From an uncultured delta proteobacterium (GTDB taxonomy: Bacteria > Desulfobacterota > Binatia > Binatales > Binataceae), in contig CAWEEQ010000004.1 of the NCBI GenBank assembly GCA_963808235.1, positions 2,016,001-2,080,000 on the forward strand: DNA of 64,000 nt, read 5' to 3'. This document shows positions 51,691-62,108 of this stretch, piece after piece (within the stretch, counting starts at the first letter, position 1; the number at the start of each line of letters is the position of its first letter). Below the pieces are notes generated by a model. It saw nothing but the letters and a program-made list of their open reading frames with translations, made no database searches and had not been told where the DNA came from. Made by a program: the position numbers and the translations under genes.

Positions 51691-52650
51691 CTAAGGCTTG
51701 GCGATCAGCGAACCTGACGCTGCGGCAGCGATTGGGGAGACCGGTTGCGCTACAGCGGTGTAGTGACGGACAAGCTCCGTCGTGACTTCGGGACCCCCAA
51801 TATAGATCGGACCCTCCTGCCTCAGCAGCCGATAGGGCGCAGTCGACTCAAAGTAAAGCGTGTCCTTCGGAACTGCCGGCTTGATAATGTGCAGAATGAA
51901 GCGCGGCCAGTTCGGCATCATAGTCGCAACGTCCACCTGGGCGGTGACCTTGAACGCGGAGAAACTGCCGGCCGGCACCGTTACATTCTCAACGCCCCCG
52001 ACGGCAACGTCCTGCCCGACATAGTTGTAAGGCGTGAGCTGCTGATTCAGCGTCCCCTGCGCACCCTCGCGCGGTGCGTTTGGCGCGTCCAGCACGCGCA
52101 GAAACGCCATCCACGGAACTGCATCGGGATAGAGGTAGCTCGGGAGATCGGGTGCTCCATTCAGCTTGGGCCTCGCATCGCTGCGCCAGAACCGGCTCTG
52201 CAGCGCGCGTCCGTTCTCGAACAGCGTCCATTGAAACATCGTGCAACCCGGCCGATGATTCGGGAGCAGCCAAAAGCCGACTTCATACTGACGGTCCGGC
52301 AGGGTGCTCACCTCGATATGGACCGTGTCGTCACCCGAGATCTCGTTCCACGACTTGACCTGCTTCAACTCCTGTCCGGTTGAGTTCACGCGCTGCCTGG
52401 TTTCGTCAACCTCGACACCTGATGGCGGCGTCATCAGTCCAGGCCCCGATTGCTCGCCGAACCTGGCGCGACCGACGAGGCCGCGCGCCATGAGCCACGA
52501 ATCGATCGCGCCACCTGCACTCGACTCTGTGCTCGGCGCCGGAACCACGTCCGCGCGGCCCACGGCAACCCTTTGAGTCAAGCTCGCCGCGAACACTGAC
52601 AGTGAAACAATGAGAATCCAGACTCGGAACGAAGTGCTTGTTCCAAAAAT
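51691..52650 (-). CDS. Exported hypothetical protein (DUF3108-like VTVPAG.F motif), probable ATT start
   Basis: Frame open to TAG-GAG at 52662; AGGAG + 6 nt + ATT gives a signal peptide; ORF track starts at GTG 52596. Confidence 0.65.
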   Translation of the reverse strand: MFGTSTSFRVWILIVSLSVFAASLTQRVAVGRADVVPAPSTESSAGGAIDSWLMARGLVGRARFGEQSGPGLMTPPSGVEVDETRQRVNSTGQELKQVKSWNEISGDDTVHIEVSTLPDRQYEVGFWLLPNHRPGCTMFQWTLFENGRALQSRFWRSDARPKLNGAPDLPSYLYPDAVPWMAFLRVLDAPNAPREGAQGTLNQQLTPYNYVGQDVAVGGVENVTVPAGSFSAFKVTAQVDVATMMPNWPRFILHIIKPAVPKDTLYFESTAPYRLLRQEGPIYIGGPEVTTELVRHYTAVAQPVSPIAAAASGSLIAKP

Positions 52651-52879
52651 TTGTGGCTCCTAGACACAGAACGACGATGCGCGCCGGCGCACGGGTTCAA
52701 GCATACCGGACCCTGCTCAGCGCAGACGTTCCGGCACGCATACCGCGTGGAAACTGCAACTCTTCCCTCGGGCAGAGATTGTAGATGGAGGCAAACTCTC
52801 GGGAGGTCTACTGAGCGTATGCTCTTACGAGCCGCCAAAGCAAACCCTTCTGATTAGCCAACGAGAGCGCGATTAACGC

Positions 52880-53647
52880 TCAATCCCGAATAGCGGGCCA
52901 TTGCCAACAGGATAGTGTCCAGTCGCGTCCTTTGGTGGCAAGAGCAGCAGCGTAGCCGGGAGAGGGGGTCAGGTTGTGCAGACACCAACGATGAGCTTCA
53001 TCTGAATCTGGCTTGGTGCTCAAGAGCGCCGCAGGTTCTCCGGGAATCAGCGACACGTCGAACTGATCCAGGGGCATTGAGAGTCCTTCACCTCTCGCCT
53101 TGATATAGGCTTCCTTGCGGGTCCAACAGAGAAAGAATGCGTATTTCCGAACGGCGAGCGGAAGCGCCCGGAGCGCTACAATCTCGCTGTGCGAGAAAAA
53201 TCGCTCGGCGATTTGCTCCGTCTCCGAATCGCAGCGGATGAGCTCGAGATCGACGCCGAGCTCACGTCCACGAGTAACCGCATAAAGGGCCGTCCCGTGA
53301 GAGTGGGAAAGATTGAAGCGGATCGCATCTGCGCCAGATTCCGAGGCCAGGGCGGGCTTCCCCTGGGTGCTATAACTGAAGGAGAGGCTCTCGGGCGATC
53401 TGTTTAAGTAGCGGCTGAGGAGCGCCCGGAGTACTCCCCGCGCTACGATAAAGCGTACGCGGTCGCGGCTGAAATAGAAGCGGTCGGCCCTCGATCGTTC
53501 GTCGTCGTCCAAGGTGTCTTTAAAGAGAGCGACCTGGGATGGGTTCTCATCCAAACTGGCTCGCCAAACATGCACCGCGCCGCCGCCTAGGCTCAGCCGT
53601 TCGGGCGCCGCGAACCAGTTAGAATCAAAAGCAACAACTGGTGACAT
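52880..53647 (-). CDS. Sfp/HetI-type 4'-phosphopantetheinyl transferase
   Basis: GKP, FNLSHS, GVDLE, WTRKEAYIKA.G.G. Confidence 0.95.
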   Translation of the reverse strand: MSPVVAFDSNWFAAPERLSLGGGAVHVWRASLDENPSQVALFKDTLDDDERSRADRFYFSRDRVRFIVARGVLRALLSRYLNRSPESLSFSYSTQGKPALASESGADAIRFNLSHSHGTALYAVTRGRELGVDLELIRCDSETEQIAERFFSHSEIVALRALPLAVRKYAFFLCWTRKEAYIKARGEGLSMPLDQFDVSLIPGEPAALLSTKPDSDEAHRWCLHNLTPSPGYAAALATKGRDWTLSCWQWPAIRD

Positions 53648-53665
53648 TAGCGCTGTCTCTGCTCT

Positions 53666-54415
53666 TCACCGCAGTTCCTGCGAGAGAGCCCGAAGAAGTA
53701 ACGGCTGAGTCGACTTCAGGAAGAAATGGTCGCCGGGAAACATCCGGATCGTGAAGGAAGCTGTGGTCTGATCGCGCCATGCTTCGAGATCGTCGTGATT
53801 GATTCTTTGGTCGCTCAGACCGCCAAAAGTGGAAATCGGGCAATTGAGCGGAGGGCCCGACAGGTATCGATAGCTTTCGAACAGTGCGAAGTCCGCGCGC
53901 AACGAAGGAAGCACGATATCCATAAGTTCCTTGTTACTCAGCAGCTCTGCCGGAATTCCGTTCAATCGACGCAATTCCGCCATAAATTCTTTTTCCGGCA
54001 AGTCATGGATCGGAGAATTTCGACGAGGAACCTGCGGAGCAGGTCCTGCTGAGACAAACAGGCGGACGGGACGCACTTGATGGTTTGCCCAGATCTGCCG
54101 CGCGAGTTCAAAGCTTACCAATGATCCAAGACTATGACCGAACAAGGCGAAGGGTTTGTCGAGCAGCGGAAGTAGCGCCTGGATCAACGCCTCAACCAGA
54201 AGCGAGAGTCGGCTGTACGGAGGTTCCATCAATCGAGTTCCGCGCCCGGGGAGCTGAACCGGACATACCTCGACATCGGAGGGGAGGCCGTTCGACCAGT
54301 CGCGAAACACCGATGCGGCTCCGCCGGCATACGGAAAACAGAACAGACGCAGGCGCGCCTGTGGGTTCGGCTTGCGACCCGCAATCCACGAATCTAATGA
54401 GGATAACGAGGTCAG
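53666..54415 (-). CDS. Type II thioesterase, probable CTG start
   Basis: LFCFPYAGG upstream of the ORF-track start, QLPGR, GHSLG, GDHFFL. Confidence 0.92.
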   Translation of the reverse strand: MTSLSSLDSWIAGRKPNPQARLRLFCFPYAGGAASVFRDWSNGLPSDVEVCPVQLPGRGTRLMEPPYSRLSLLVEALIQALLPLLDKPFALFGHSLGSLVSFELARQIWANHQVRPVRLFVSAGPAPQVPRRNSPIHDLPEKEFMAELRRLNGIPAELLSNKELMDIVLPSLRADFALFESYRYLSGPPLNCPISTFGGLSDQRINHDDLEAWRDQTTASFTIRMFPGDHFFLKSTQPLLLRALSQELR

Positions 54416-54690
54416 GATTTCCTCTCCTTCGCTTTCAGATGATTCCCGTTCAAATGAACACCCGAAAGTTCAGAGACGCTTGCGGAATTGTTCATCTTAT
54501 TCCGAAGACTGAGCGGTCTCATATCGGTCCATACTTCTTCAATGTAAGCGAGACACTCCGACTTGGATCCACTCTTAGGCGCGTCGTGCCAGCCAGCCGG
54601 ATTCGGGCGGTCGGCAGCCCAGACGGAGTATTGCTCCTCGTCATTCACCACGACTCTATATTTTGTATCTTCTGTGTCGTTGGCGTTCAT
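54412..54690 (-). CDS. MbtH-like protein
   Basis: [32 protein letters not shown]. Confidence 0.97.
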   Translation of the reverse strand: MNANDTEDTKYRVVVNDEEQYSVWAADRPNPAGWHDAPKSGSKSECLAYIEEVWTDMRPLSLRNKMNNSASVSELSGVHLNGNHLKAKERKS

Positions 54691-57600
54691 TGAGAGTCCT
54701 TTACCAATTCGTTCGGTAGCTCAATTCTTTCGGCTGGAAGATCGAGATTCCGCTGCGCCAGGTCGATGCATGCCGCGAGCTTCTCTGCCAGGGTCTCGAC
54801 GTTCGGTTTATAAACCATGGTCGCGTGATTGCCAGGAACGAGTTGAACGTCCACCCCGCCATCGGCCCAATCACTCCATCCCAAAGTCGGATCAAGGCGA
54901 TTTCCAGAAGGGTCCTCGCAGGCTTTGAACAAAGTCACTCGGCCAGGATAGCGATGCAATACGTAATTCCGACTAGCTCGAAAGTCTGATTTGCAGAGCT
55001 CGATCAAGCAATGCGCCTGAGAAGCTTCAATATCAGTCGGTATCAAGCCAGCTACCTTACCCTGCTCCAGGACTCGCGCCAGGAGTTCGTCGCGCGGAAG
55101 AAGCGCGAGCGACTGGCTGAGATCCGCTGAAAGACCGAAATAGCGGACGACATCGGCCATCAAAATTGCTTCGAAGTCTTCATCTGCAACATTCTCGGCG
55201 CTGGATGGAATGCGGGCATCGAGTAAAGCCAGCAGCGCCACTCTCTGGCCGCGCGCATTAAGCTGCTGAGCCATCTCGAAAGCTATCTCACCACCCATAG
55301 ACCAGCCGCCGAGCAAATAGGGACCTTCAGACTGAACAGACTGGATAGCTTCAATGTAATAGGCGGCCATGTCCTCGATCCGGGTGTGTGGTTCCTGGCC
55401 GTGTTCCACTCCCCTGGCCTGCAGCCCGTAACAAGGCTGATCAGGACCTAGCTGTTGTGCCAGACTGACAAACGGGAACACGTGTCCTCCGGCGGGATGT
55501 ATGAGGAAGAGCGGTCGCTTGTGGCCGCCCGGCTGAATAGGAACCAACGATGATGGCGTTTCCGACAAGGAGTTCTGGCGGACGATTTCTGCCAGACCCT
55601 CGACGGTTGCTCCTCGAAAAAGAGCAGCCAACGGAAGTCTCTTACCCAATCGCTTATCGATCAGGGCAAACAAGCGTACCGCCAACAGCGAGTGCCCTCC
55701 AAGATCGAAAAAGTTGTCGGTCACTCCGATCGGTCGAATGTTAAGAACTTCTTCCCAGAGACCGGCTAGTCGTCGCTCCAGCTCATCGCGCGGCGCCACA
55801 AATGTCTTTCCCATTTCAGGTCGCGTCTGGTTCGGCTTTGGCAGCGCAGCGCGGTCCACTTTTCCGTTCGGCATCGTGGGAATGGAATCGAGCAGCATGA
55901 AGACCGAGGGCACCATGTACTCGGGAACCTTGTCCTTCAGAAAACTGCGCAGGACACCAGCCGTAACCGCATGCTCGTGGTCGCCTACCACGTAGGCCAC
56001 CAGGCGTTTTTCACCTCGGAGCTCCTGGTGAGTCGACACGACCGCTTGACGCACGGAAGGATGCTGCGCCAAGGCTGCCTCGATCTCTCCTAGCTCAATT
56101 CTGAATCCGCGGATCTTCACCTGATGGTCGGTACGCCCGATGTATTCGATATTTCCGTCGGGTAAGTGGCGCGCCAGGTCGCCGGTTTTGTACATTCGTG
56201 CGCCGGCTACGTTACTGAACGGATCCGGAATGAATTTGTCAGCGGTCAGATCCGGCCGGTTCAGATATCCTCGCGCGAGGCTCATCCCCCCGATATGAAG
56301 CTCACCCGGAACTCCAATCGGGACTGGATTACAATGCCTGTCCAGGATGTAGATCTTTCGATTAGCCAGCGGACGACCTATCGGTACTCGATGAAGCCGC
56401 GCACAATCGCCAACTGGCAGTGCTGTTTCATACGCAGTCGCTGTTATGGTCGCTTCAGTGGGTCCGTAGGCATTGATGAGACGAACTGAACTTAGCGGGG
56501 TTTGCTGCCAGAGACTGAGAGCTTCCGGCAACATGATGTCTCCGCCGACCAGGAAGAGCCGGTACTGCGCATTCGCAACCGGTTCCGGTTCCGCCGCCCA
56601 CTCCTGCACAAGTTCCTGCCAGTACCCCGTGGGAAGGTCCACAACGGTCAATCCGCATTCGGCCGCTTTTTTATGAAATTCTGCCGGTCTCCACACTTCT
56701 CTTCCCACCACAACCAGCCGCGCTCCGACAATGAGAGTGGGGAGTATCTGTTCCAACGACAGATCGAAGCTCATCGACGCGAACTGCAGTACCCGATCGG
56801 TGGGCTCGAGTTCGTAGTACTTTACGGCATCACGGCAATGTTCCGCGATCGACCCATGCGAAACCAGAACTCCTTTCGGCTGACCGGTAGATCCCGAGGT
56901 ATAGATTATGTAGGACAGGTTTTCAGGCTCGCTTGAGCCGATCGGATTGTCTGAACTTTCTCGGGCGATCGATTCCCCGTCTGAATCCAAACAGACTACC
57001 CGCGCGAGATGTTCCGGCAACCCTTGAACCAGGCGCTCTTGTGTCAGGAGCACCGAAGCCTTCGAGTCCTCCAGCATGAAGCCAATGCGTTGTTTCGGGT
57101 ACGCGGGATCAAGCGGCAGATACACGCCTCCGGCCTTCAGGATAGCCAGCAGGCTGATCACCACTTCCAGCGAGCGCTCCAGGCAGACTCCAATCGGTAC
57201 TTCGGGTCCTACACCTAGCTTGCGCAGGCTGTGAGCTAGTCGATTAGCTCGAACGTTTAACTCACGATAAGTTAGCTGCTGGTCTTCGCAAACGAGTGCG
57301 ATCGCATCGGGTGTGCGCTCCACCTGGGCTTCGAAAAGCTGATGGATGCTTGGCGCTGGGATATAACTGTGAGCGACATCATTGTACCCCACCAAGACTT
57401 GTTGACGCTCGGAGTCGGTCAACAGCGATAATTCTGAAAGGTGCCGATCGGGATTCGTAACTATGGCCTCGAGCAAGGTTCGGAAGTTGGCCAACATGCG
57501 AGTTATCGTGCCGGCGTCAAACAGGTCAGTGTTGTATGCCGCGGTCCCCACCAGACCTTCCTCGGTATCGGCAACATGAAGCGTCAAATCGAAGTGAGTA

Positions 57601-60600
57601 GTTCCACCGTCCGTAATCACGGGATTCAAGGTCAGACCCGGCAATTCGACTGCGCGCATTGACGAATTCTGAAGAACGAACATCACCTGGAACAGCGGAT
57701 TGCGGCTCAGATCGCGCTCGATGTGCAATTCTTCGACCAGCCTCTCAAACGGCAGATCCTGATGGACGTACGCGTCAACGCATACCTTGCGTACACGCCG
57801 CACGAGTTCTCGAAAGGTAGGATTGCCGGAAAGGTCGGTGCGCAACACGAGCGCGTTGACGAAAAATCCGATTAGTCCTTCGATCTCGAGTCGGTTACGG
57901 TTGGCGACCGGGGTGCCCACGATCAGATCGTCTTGCCTTGTGTAGCAGTGCAGCAGGACTTTGAATGCCGCCAACAGCGTCATGAATAGCGTGGCAGCTT
58001 CCTGTCGGCTGAGTGTGCTAAGTGCGCTCCCGACTGCTTTGGGCAACAGCAACGACTGATGTCCGCCGCGAAAGGTCTGCACCGCCGGCCGAGGATGATC
58101 CTCAGGCAGCTCCAGCAACGGCGGAGCGCCGTCGAGCTGCTGCTTCCAATAGTCTAGCTGCCTCTCAAGCACCGCGCCTTGTAACCACTTTCGTTGCCAG
58201 AACGCAAAGTCGGCGTATTGGATGGGCAGCTCTGGCAGCGGTGACGGGCCTTCAGAACAGTACGCCTGGTACAGTACCGCCATCTCGCGAATCAGTATTC
58301 CGGCCGACCAGCCGTCGGACACGATGTGATGCATCGTGAGAAGCCCGACCTGCTCGTCGTCGGCAAGCCGCAGCACTTTAGCCCGGATGAGCGGACCACG
58401 GGCCAGATCGAACGGGTGACGAGCCTCTTCAACAACCCGCCTTTGAACTTCGTTCTCTCGCTCAATCTCGGGCAGATCTCTCAGATCCGCGATCGGCAAC
58501 TCAACATTAAGACTCGACGCGATTACCTGAGTCGGTTGTCCATCGACCATCAAAAATGTCGTTCGGAGAGCTTCGTGGCGTCTCACAATTTCGTTGAGGC
58601 TCCGCTCGAGCGCCGCAAGGTTGAGCGATCCTTTGAGGCGAACCGCTACCGGGAAGTTGTAAACCGAGTTTCCTGGATCAAGTTGATCGATGAACCACAG
58701 TCGCTGTTGCGCAAAGGAGAGCGGCAGGTCGCCATCTCGAGGAACAGGTTGTATAGGTGACAGTTGAAGACTATCGCCGTCCCGGCGCGACAGCTCCAGG
58801 CTTTCAGCAAGGCCGGCGACCGTAGGAGTTTCGAACAGGCGGCGCAACGGCAGCTCCACCTGAAGCGTTTCACGGATGCGAGACACAACCTGAGTGGCAA
58901 GCAGTGAGTGCCCTCCCAAATCGAAGAAATCATCGTAGATGCCCACGCGTTCGACACCCAGTACTTGTGCCCAGATATCCGCGAGTAACTCCTCTGTGGG
59001 AGTACGGGCGCCAACGAATGCCTTGTCCAAATCTGGCCGTGTCTCGCCGGGCGATGGCAGGGCGCGCCGATCGACCTTTCCATTTGACGTCAGAGGAAAT
59101 TTATCGAGCAGCACGAAAACCGCAGGTACCATGTGCTCAGGCAGCTTGCTCTTCAAAAAAGTGCGCAGTTCGATGGCCGTCGGTGCGCATCGAGGCTGAG
59201 CGACCACGTACGAAATTAATCGTTTTTCTCCTGGCCCGGCTTCGTGAACTGCGACGATTGTCTGAGCTACCGACGGATGCTGCGCAAGTGCCGCTTCAAT
59301 CTCGCCGAGTTCAATCCTGAAACCCCGGATTTTGACCTGGTAGTCTCCGCGGCCGAGATACTCGATATTTCCGTCCGGCTGATAGCGCGCAAGGTCGCCG
59401 GTCTTGTACAACCGCCTGCCCGGCTCGCTGCTGAACGGATCTGGAATAAATTTCTCGGCGGTTAATCGCGGCCGGTTCAGATAGCCGCGCGCCAAACTCA
59501 CGCCGCCTATGTATAGCTCTCCGGCAACTCCGATCGGCACGGGGCGGAGCGCAGCGTCCAGAATATACATCCGGGCATTCGGTATGGGCCGTCCTATCGG
59601 AACCGCCGACTCACCGTTTGTTCCGTCGCATAGCCAATATGCCGAATCGATGATCGTCTCAGTCGGTCCGTAGACATTGTAGAGCTTGGCTCCGGAGCGC
59701 CGGCCAAATTCCGCGACTATATCCGGCGTCAGCGCTTCGCCGCCGCACATGACCGCGCGCAACGCGATGGCATCCTTGAAAGCGGGCTCCACTACCAAAA
59801 GGCGCAGAAACGACGGGACGCAATGAAGAATCGAAATGCCCTGGTCGCGGATCTTCTCCGCTATGTAGCGGCAATCGCGGTGCGCATTCGGCTCGGCAAC
59901 TATCAGACGCGCGCCCGCCAGTAGGGTCGGAAAGATCTCGCGCCCCGCCGCATCGAATGTGATCGGCGTTTTCAGAAGAGTGCTGTCGTCCGGCGTGATC
60001 GCCAGAGTTTGCGATAGCCACTGGATCGTATTGCTCAGACCTCGATGCTCGACCATCACGCCCTTGGGCTGCCCGGTCGAGCCGGAAGTATAAATCACGT
60101 AAGCCAGGTTGCCGGCCCTTGCCAGGATCGGCGGATTCTCACAGCTCTCGCGGGCGATTGATTCCCGATCGGCGTCGAGACATATCAGGCGCAGTCCTTG
60201 CTCCGGCATGCGCTCGCTCAACGGCTCCATCGTGAGCATCACTCGCGCTCGAGCGTCTTCGAGCGTAAATGCCAGCCGTTCTTTTGGGTAGGCAGGATCT
60301 ATCGGCAAGTAAGCTCCGCCCGCCTTGAGGATGCCGAGCAGCGCGACGATCATCTCGACACACCGCTCCATGCAAAGCGCCACTGGTACATCCGGCCCAA
60401 CTCCCTGCGCGCGCAGGTAGTGCGCCACTTGATTTGCGCGCGCGTTGAGCTGCGCGTAGGTCAGATGATGATTCTCGAACGTGAGCGCAATCCCGTCTGG
60501 CGTACGTTCCACCTGCTCTTCGAACAAGCGATGAATGCACACGTCGTCCGGATACGCAGACGCGGTCTGGTTGAACTCCACCAACACCCGCTTTCGCTCG

Positions 60601-62108
60601 ACGTTATCGAGAATTTCCGACTCGTTGCGCGCCGCCGATTCGTGCTCCGGGTCAGTGGCGGCAAGTACGTCCGCGAGGTCACTTAGCCGCACATCCGGTT
60701 GCGCGACCACATGGCCAAGAAGAGTTTCAAAGTATTTTCCAAACCGGATGATGGTAGAGTGATCGAACAGTTCGGCGTTGTATCTCATGGAAATCGAGAG
60801 CGACTGCGTCGATTCGACTACCAGCAATACCAGGTCCAGCGACGCGGACCGATGTTCCAGCGGAAATGACTCGAGTACCAGGCCACCGGAGTTCATGGTG
60901 GGACCTGCTTCACCATGTACGAATGTGGGCGCGCCCTGTTCCGCAAGCCCATGGGGCTTGTCCAGCACAAACATGACCTGGCAGATAGGTGGGCGGCTCA
61001 AGTCGCGGGCGGGCTTCAGTCGTTCGACCAGCAGTAGCGTAGGGAAATCCTGATGCTCGAGCGCGTCGAGCACCGTCTGGCGGACATGGCTTACGAACTC
61101 CTGGAAAGTCGGATTCCCGGAGAGATTCACCCGCAAGAAAACCGGATTGGTAAAGAGTCCGACGATCTCTTCGAACTCGGCGCGGCTCCGGCCCACAACC
61201 GGCGAGCCAACCACCAGGTCTGTCTGCTCCGACAAGTAATGAAGCATCGCCTGGAACGCCGCGAGCATGACTACATAGAGCGTCGCGCCCTGGGCCTTTG
61301 CCAGAGTCTTCAGGCGCCCGCTCAATTCGTCGTTCAGAACGAAATCATGTGATCCGCCGCGATGCGTCTGGATCGGTTGCCGCGGACGATCCGTCGGCAG
61401 ATCCAACACGGGCAACTGGCCAGCTAGCTGTTTGCGCCAGTAAGCCCATAGGCGCTTGCCTTCAGCGCCCGCCAGCATTTCAGATTGCCATCGAACGTAG
61501 TCGCCGTATTGCACATCGATCGGTGGTAGCGTCGCTCGCATATCGGCCGCTTCCGCCGGGTACAGCGTGCCAAGCTCATTTAGAAGTATTGCGAGCGACC
61601 AGAAATCGATCACAATGTGATGCACCACCAAGAGCAGGTAGTGTTCGTGCCGAGACCGCTTGTAGACACTCACTCGAAGCAAGGGACCCTGCTCGAGATC
61701 GAAAGGACGATGCGCCTCGTCGGCCAATCGAGGCTCCATCTCGTCGCGCGACCACGCGGAAGCATCGAACTCCTCGAAGTGGACTTTCGCGCCGTGATGT
61801 ATCCGCTGCGTTGGTTTCCCGGAACGCGCGGATAGGGTGGTTCTTAGGCAAGGGTGGCGATCGACCAGCGCCTGAAATGATCGACGCAGGGCTGGAACGT
61901 TCAGCTCGGAAGTGATTCGCGCGGCGAAGCTGACGTTGTAGACCATACTCTCCGGCGCCAACTGAGAGAGAAACCATATCCCTTGCTGGTTGTAGGACAG
62001 CGGATAGAACGACTCTTCCTCACTCCCTTTCTTCCGGAGGAGGTCAGCAAGAAGAGCGCGCTTTTCCGCCGATGAGAGATCGGCGAGCCGTTGAGATACA
62101 CCAGCCAC
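54687..62108 (-). CDS. Bimodular NRPS, C-A-T-C-A-T-TE
   Basis: HHIVIDF and HHIVSDG C domains, two YTSGSTG.PKG / YGPTE / YKTGDL A domains, two LGGHSL T domains, GWSMGG thioesterase. Confidence 0.97.
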   Translation of the reverse strand: MAGVSQRLADLSSAEKRALLADLLRKKGSEEESFYPLSYNQQGIWFLSQLAPESMVYNVSFAARITSELNVPALRRSFQALVDRHPCLRTTLSARSGKPTQRIHHGAKVHFEEFDASAWSRDEMEPRLADEAHRPFDLEQGPLLRVSVYKRSRHEHYLLLVVHHIVIDFWSLAILLNELGTLYPAEAADMRATLPPIDVQYGDYVRWQSEMLAGAEGKRLWAYWRKQLAGQLPVLDLPTDRPRQPIQTHRGGSHDFVLNDELSGRLKTLAKAQGATLYVVMLAAFQAMLHYLSEQTDLVVGSPVVGRSRAEFEEIVGLFTNPVFLRVNLSGNPTFQEFVSHVRQTVLDALEHQDFPTLLLVERLKPARDLSRPPICQVMFVLDKPHGLAEQGAPTFVHGEAGPTMNSGGLVLESFPLEHRSASLDLVLLVVESTQSLSISMRYNAELFDHSTIIRFGKYFETLLGHVVAQPDVRLSDLADVLAATDPEHESAARNESEILDNVERKRVLVEFNQTASAYPDDVCIHRLFEEQVERTPDGIALTFENHHLTYAQLNARANQVAHYLRAQGVGPDVPVALCMERCVEMIVALLGILKAGGAYLPIDPAYPKERLAFTLEDARARVMLTMEPLSERMPEQGLRLICLDADRESIARESCENPPILARAGNLAYVIYTSGSTGQPKGVMVEHRGLSNTIQWLSQTLAITPDDSTLLKTPITFDAAGREIFPTLLAGARLIVAEPNAHRDCRYIAEKIRDQGISILHCVPSFLRLLVVEPAFKDAIALRAVMCGGEALTPDIVAEFGRRSGAKLYNVYGPTETIIDSAYWLCDGTNGESAVPIGRPIPNARMYILDAALRPVPIGVAGELYIGGVSLARGYLNRPRLTAEKFIPDPFSSEPGRRLYKTGDLARYQPDGNIEYLGRGDYQVKIRGFRIELGEIEAALAQHPSVAQTIVAVHEAGPGEKRLISYVVAQPRCAPTAIELRTFLKSKLPEHMVPAVFVLLDKFPLTSNGKVDRRALPSPGETRPDLDKAFVGARTPTEELLADIWAQVLGVERVGIYDDFFDLGGHSLLATQVVSRIRETLQVELPLRRLFETPTVAGLAESLELSRRDGDSLQLSPIQPVPRDGDLPLSFAQQRLWFIDQLDPGNSVYNFPVAVRLKGSLNLAALERSLNEIVRRHEALRTTFLMVDGQPTQVIASSLNVELPIADLRDLPEIERENEVQRRVVEEARHPFDLARGPLIRAKVLRLADDEQVGLLTMHHIVSDGWSAGILIREMAVLYQAYCSEGPSPLPELPIQYADFAFWQRKWLQGAVLERQLDYWKQQLDGAPPLLELPEDHPRPAVQTFRGGHQSLLLPKAVGSALSTLSRQEAATLFMTLLAAFKVLLHCYTRQDDLIVGTPVANRNRLEIEGLIGFFVNALVLRTDLSGNPTFRELVRRVRKVCVDAYVHQDLPFERLVEELHIERDLSRNPLFQVMFVLQNSSMRAVELPGLTLNPVITDGGTTHFDLTLHVADTEEGLVGTAAYNTDLFDAGTITRMLANFRTLLEAIVTNPDRHLSELSLLTDSERQQVLVGYNDVAHSYIPAPSIHQLFEAQVERTPDAIALVCEDQQLTYRELNVRANRLAHSLRKLGVGPEVPIGVCLERSLEVVISLLAILKAGGVYLPLDPAYPKQRIGFMLEDSKASVLLTQERLVQGLPEHLARVVCLDSDGESIARESSDNPIGSSEPENLSYIIYTSGSTGQPKGVLVSHGSIAEHCRDAVKYYELEPTDRVLQFASMSFDLSLEQILPTLIVGARLVVVGREVWRPAEFHKKAAECGLTVVDLPTGYWQELVQEWAAEPEPVANAQYRLFLVGGDIMLPEALSLWQQTPLSSVRLINAYGPTEATITATAYETALPVGDCARLHRVPIGRPLANRKIYILDRHCNPVPIGVPGELHIGGMSLARGYLNRPDLTADKFIPDPFSNVAGARMYKTGDLARHLPDGNIEYIGRTDHQVKIRGFRIELGEIEAALAQHPSVRQAVVSTHQELRGEKRLVAYVVGDHEHAVTAGVLRSFLKDKVPEYMVPSVFMLLDSIPTMPNGKVDRAALPKPNQTRPEMGKTFVAPRDELERRLAGLWEEVLNIRPIGVTDNFFDLGGHSLLAVRLFALIDKRLGKRLPLAALFRGATVEGLAEIVRQNSLSETPSSLVPIQPGGHKRPLFLIHPAGGHVFPFVSLAQQLGPDQPCYGLQARGVEHGQEPHTRIEDMAAYYIEAIQSVQSEGPYLLGGWSMGGEIAFEMAQQLNARGQRVALLALLDARIPSSAENVADEDFEAILMADVVRYFGLSADLSQSLALLPRDELLARVLEQGKVAGLIPTDIEASQAHCLIELCKSDFRASRNYVLHRYPGRVTLFKACEDPSGNRLDPTLGWSDWADGGVDVQLVPGNHATMVYKPNVETLAEKLAACIDLAQRNLDLPAERIELPNELVKDSQ

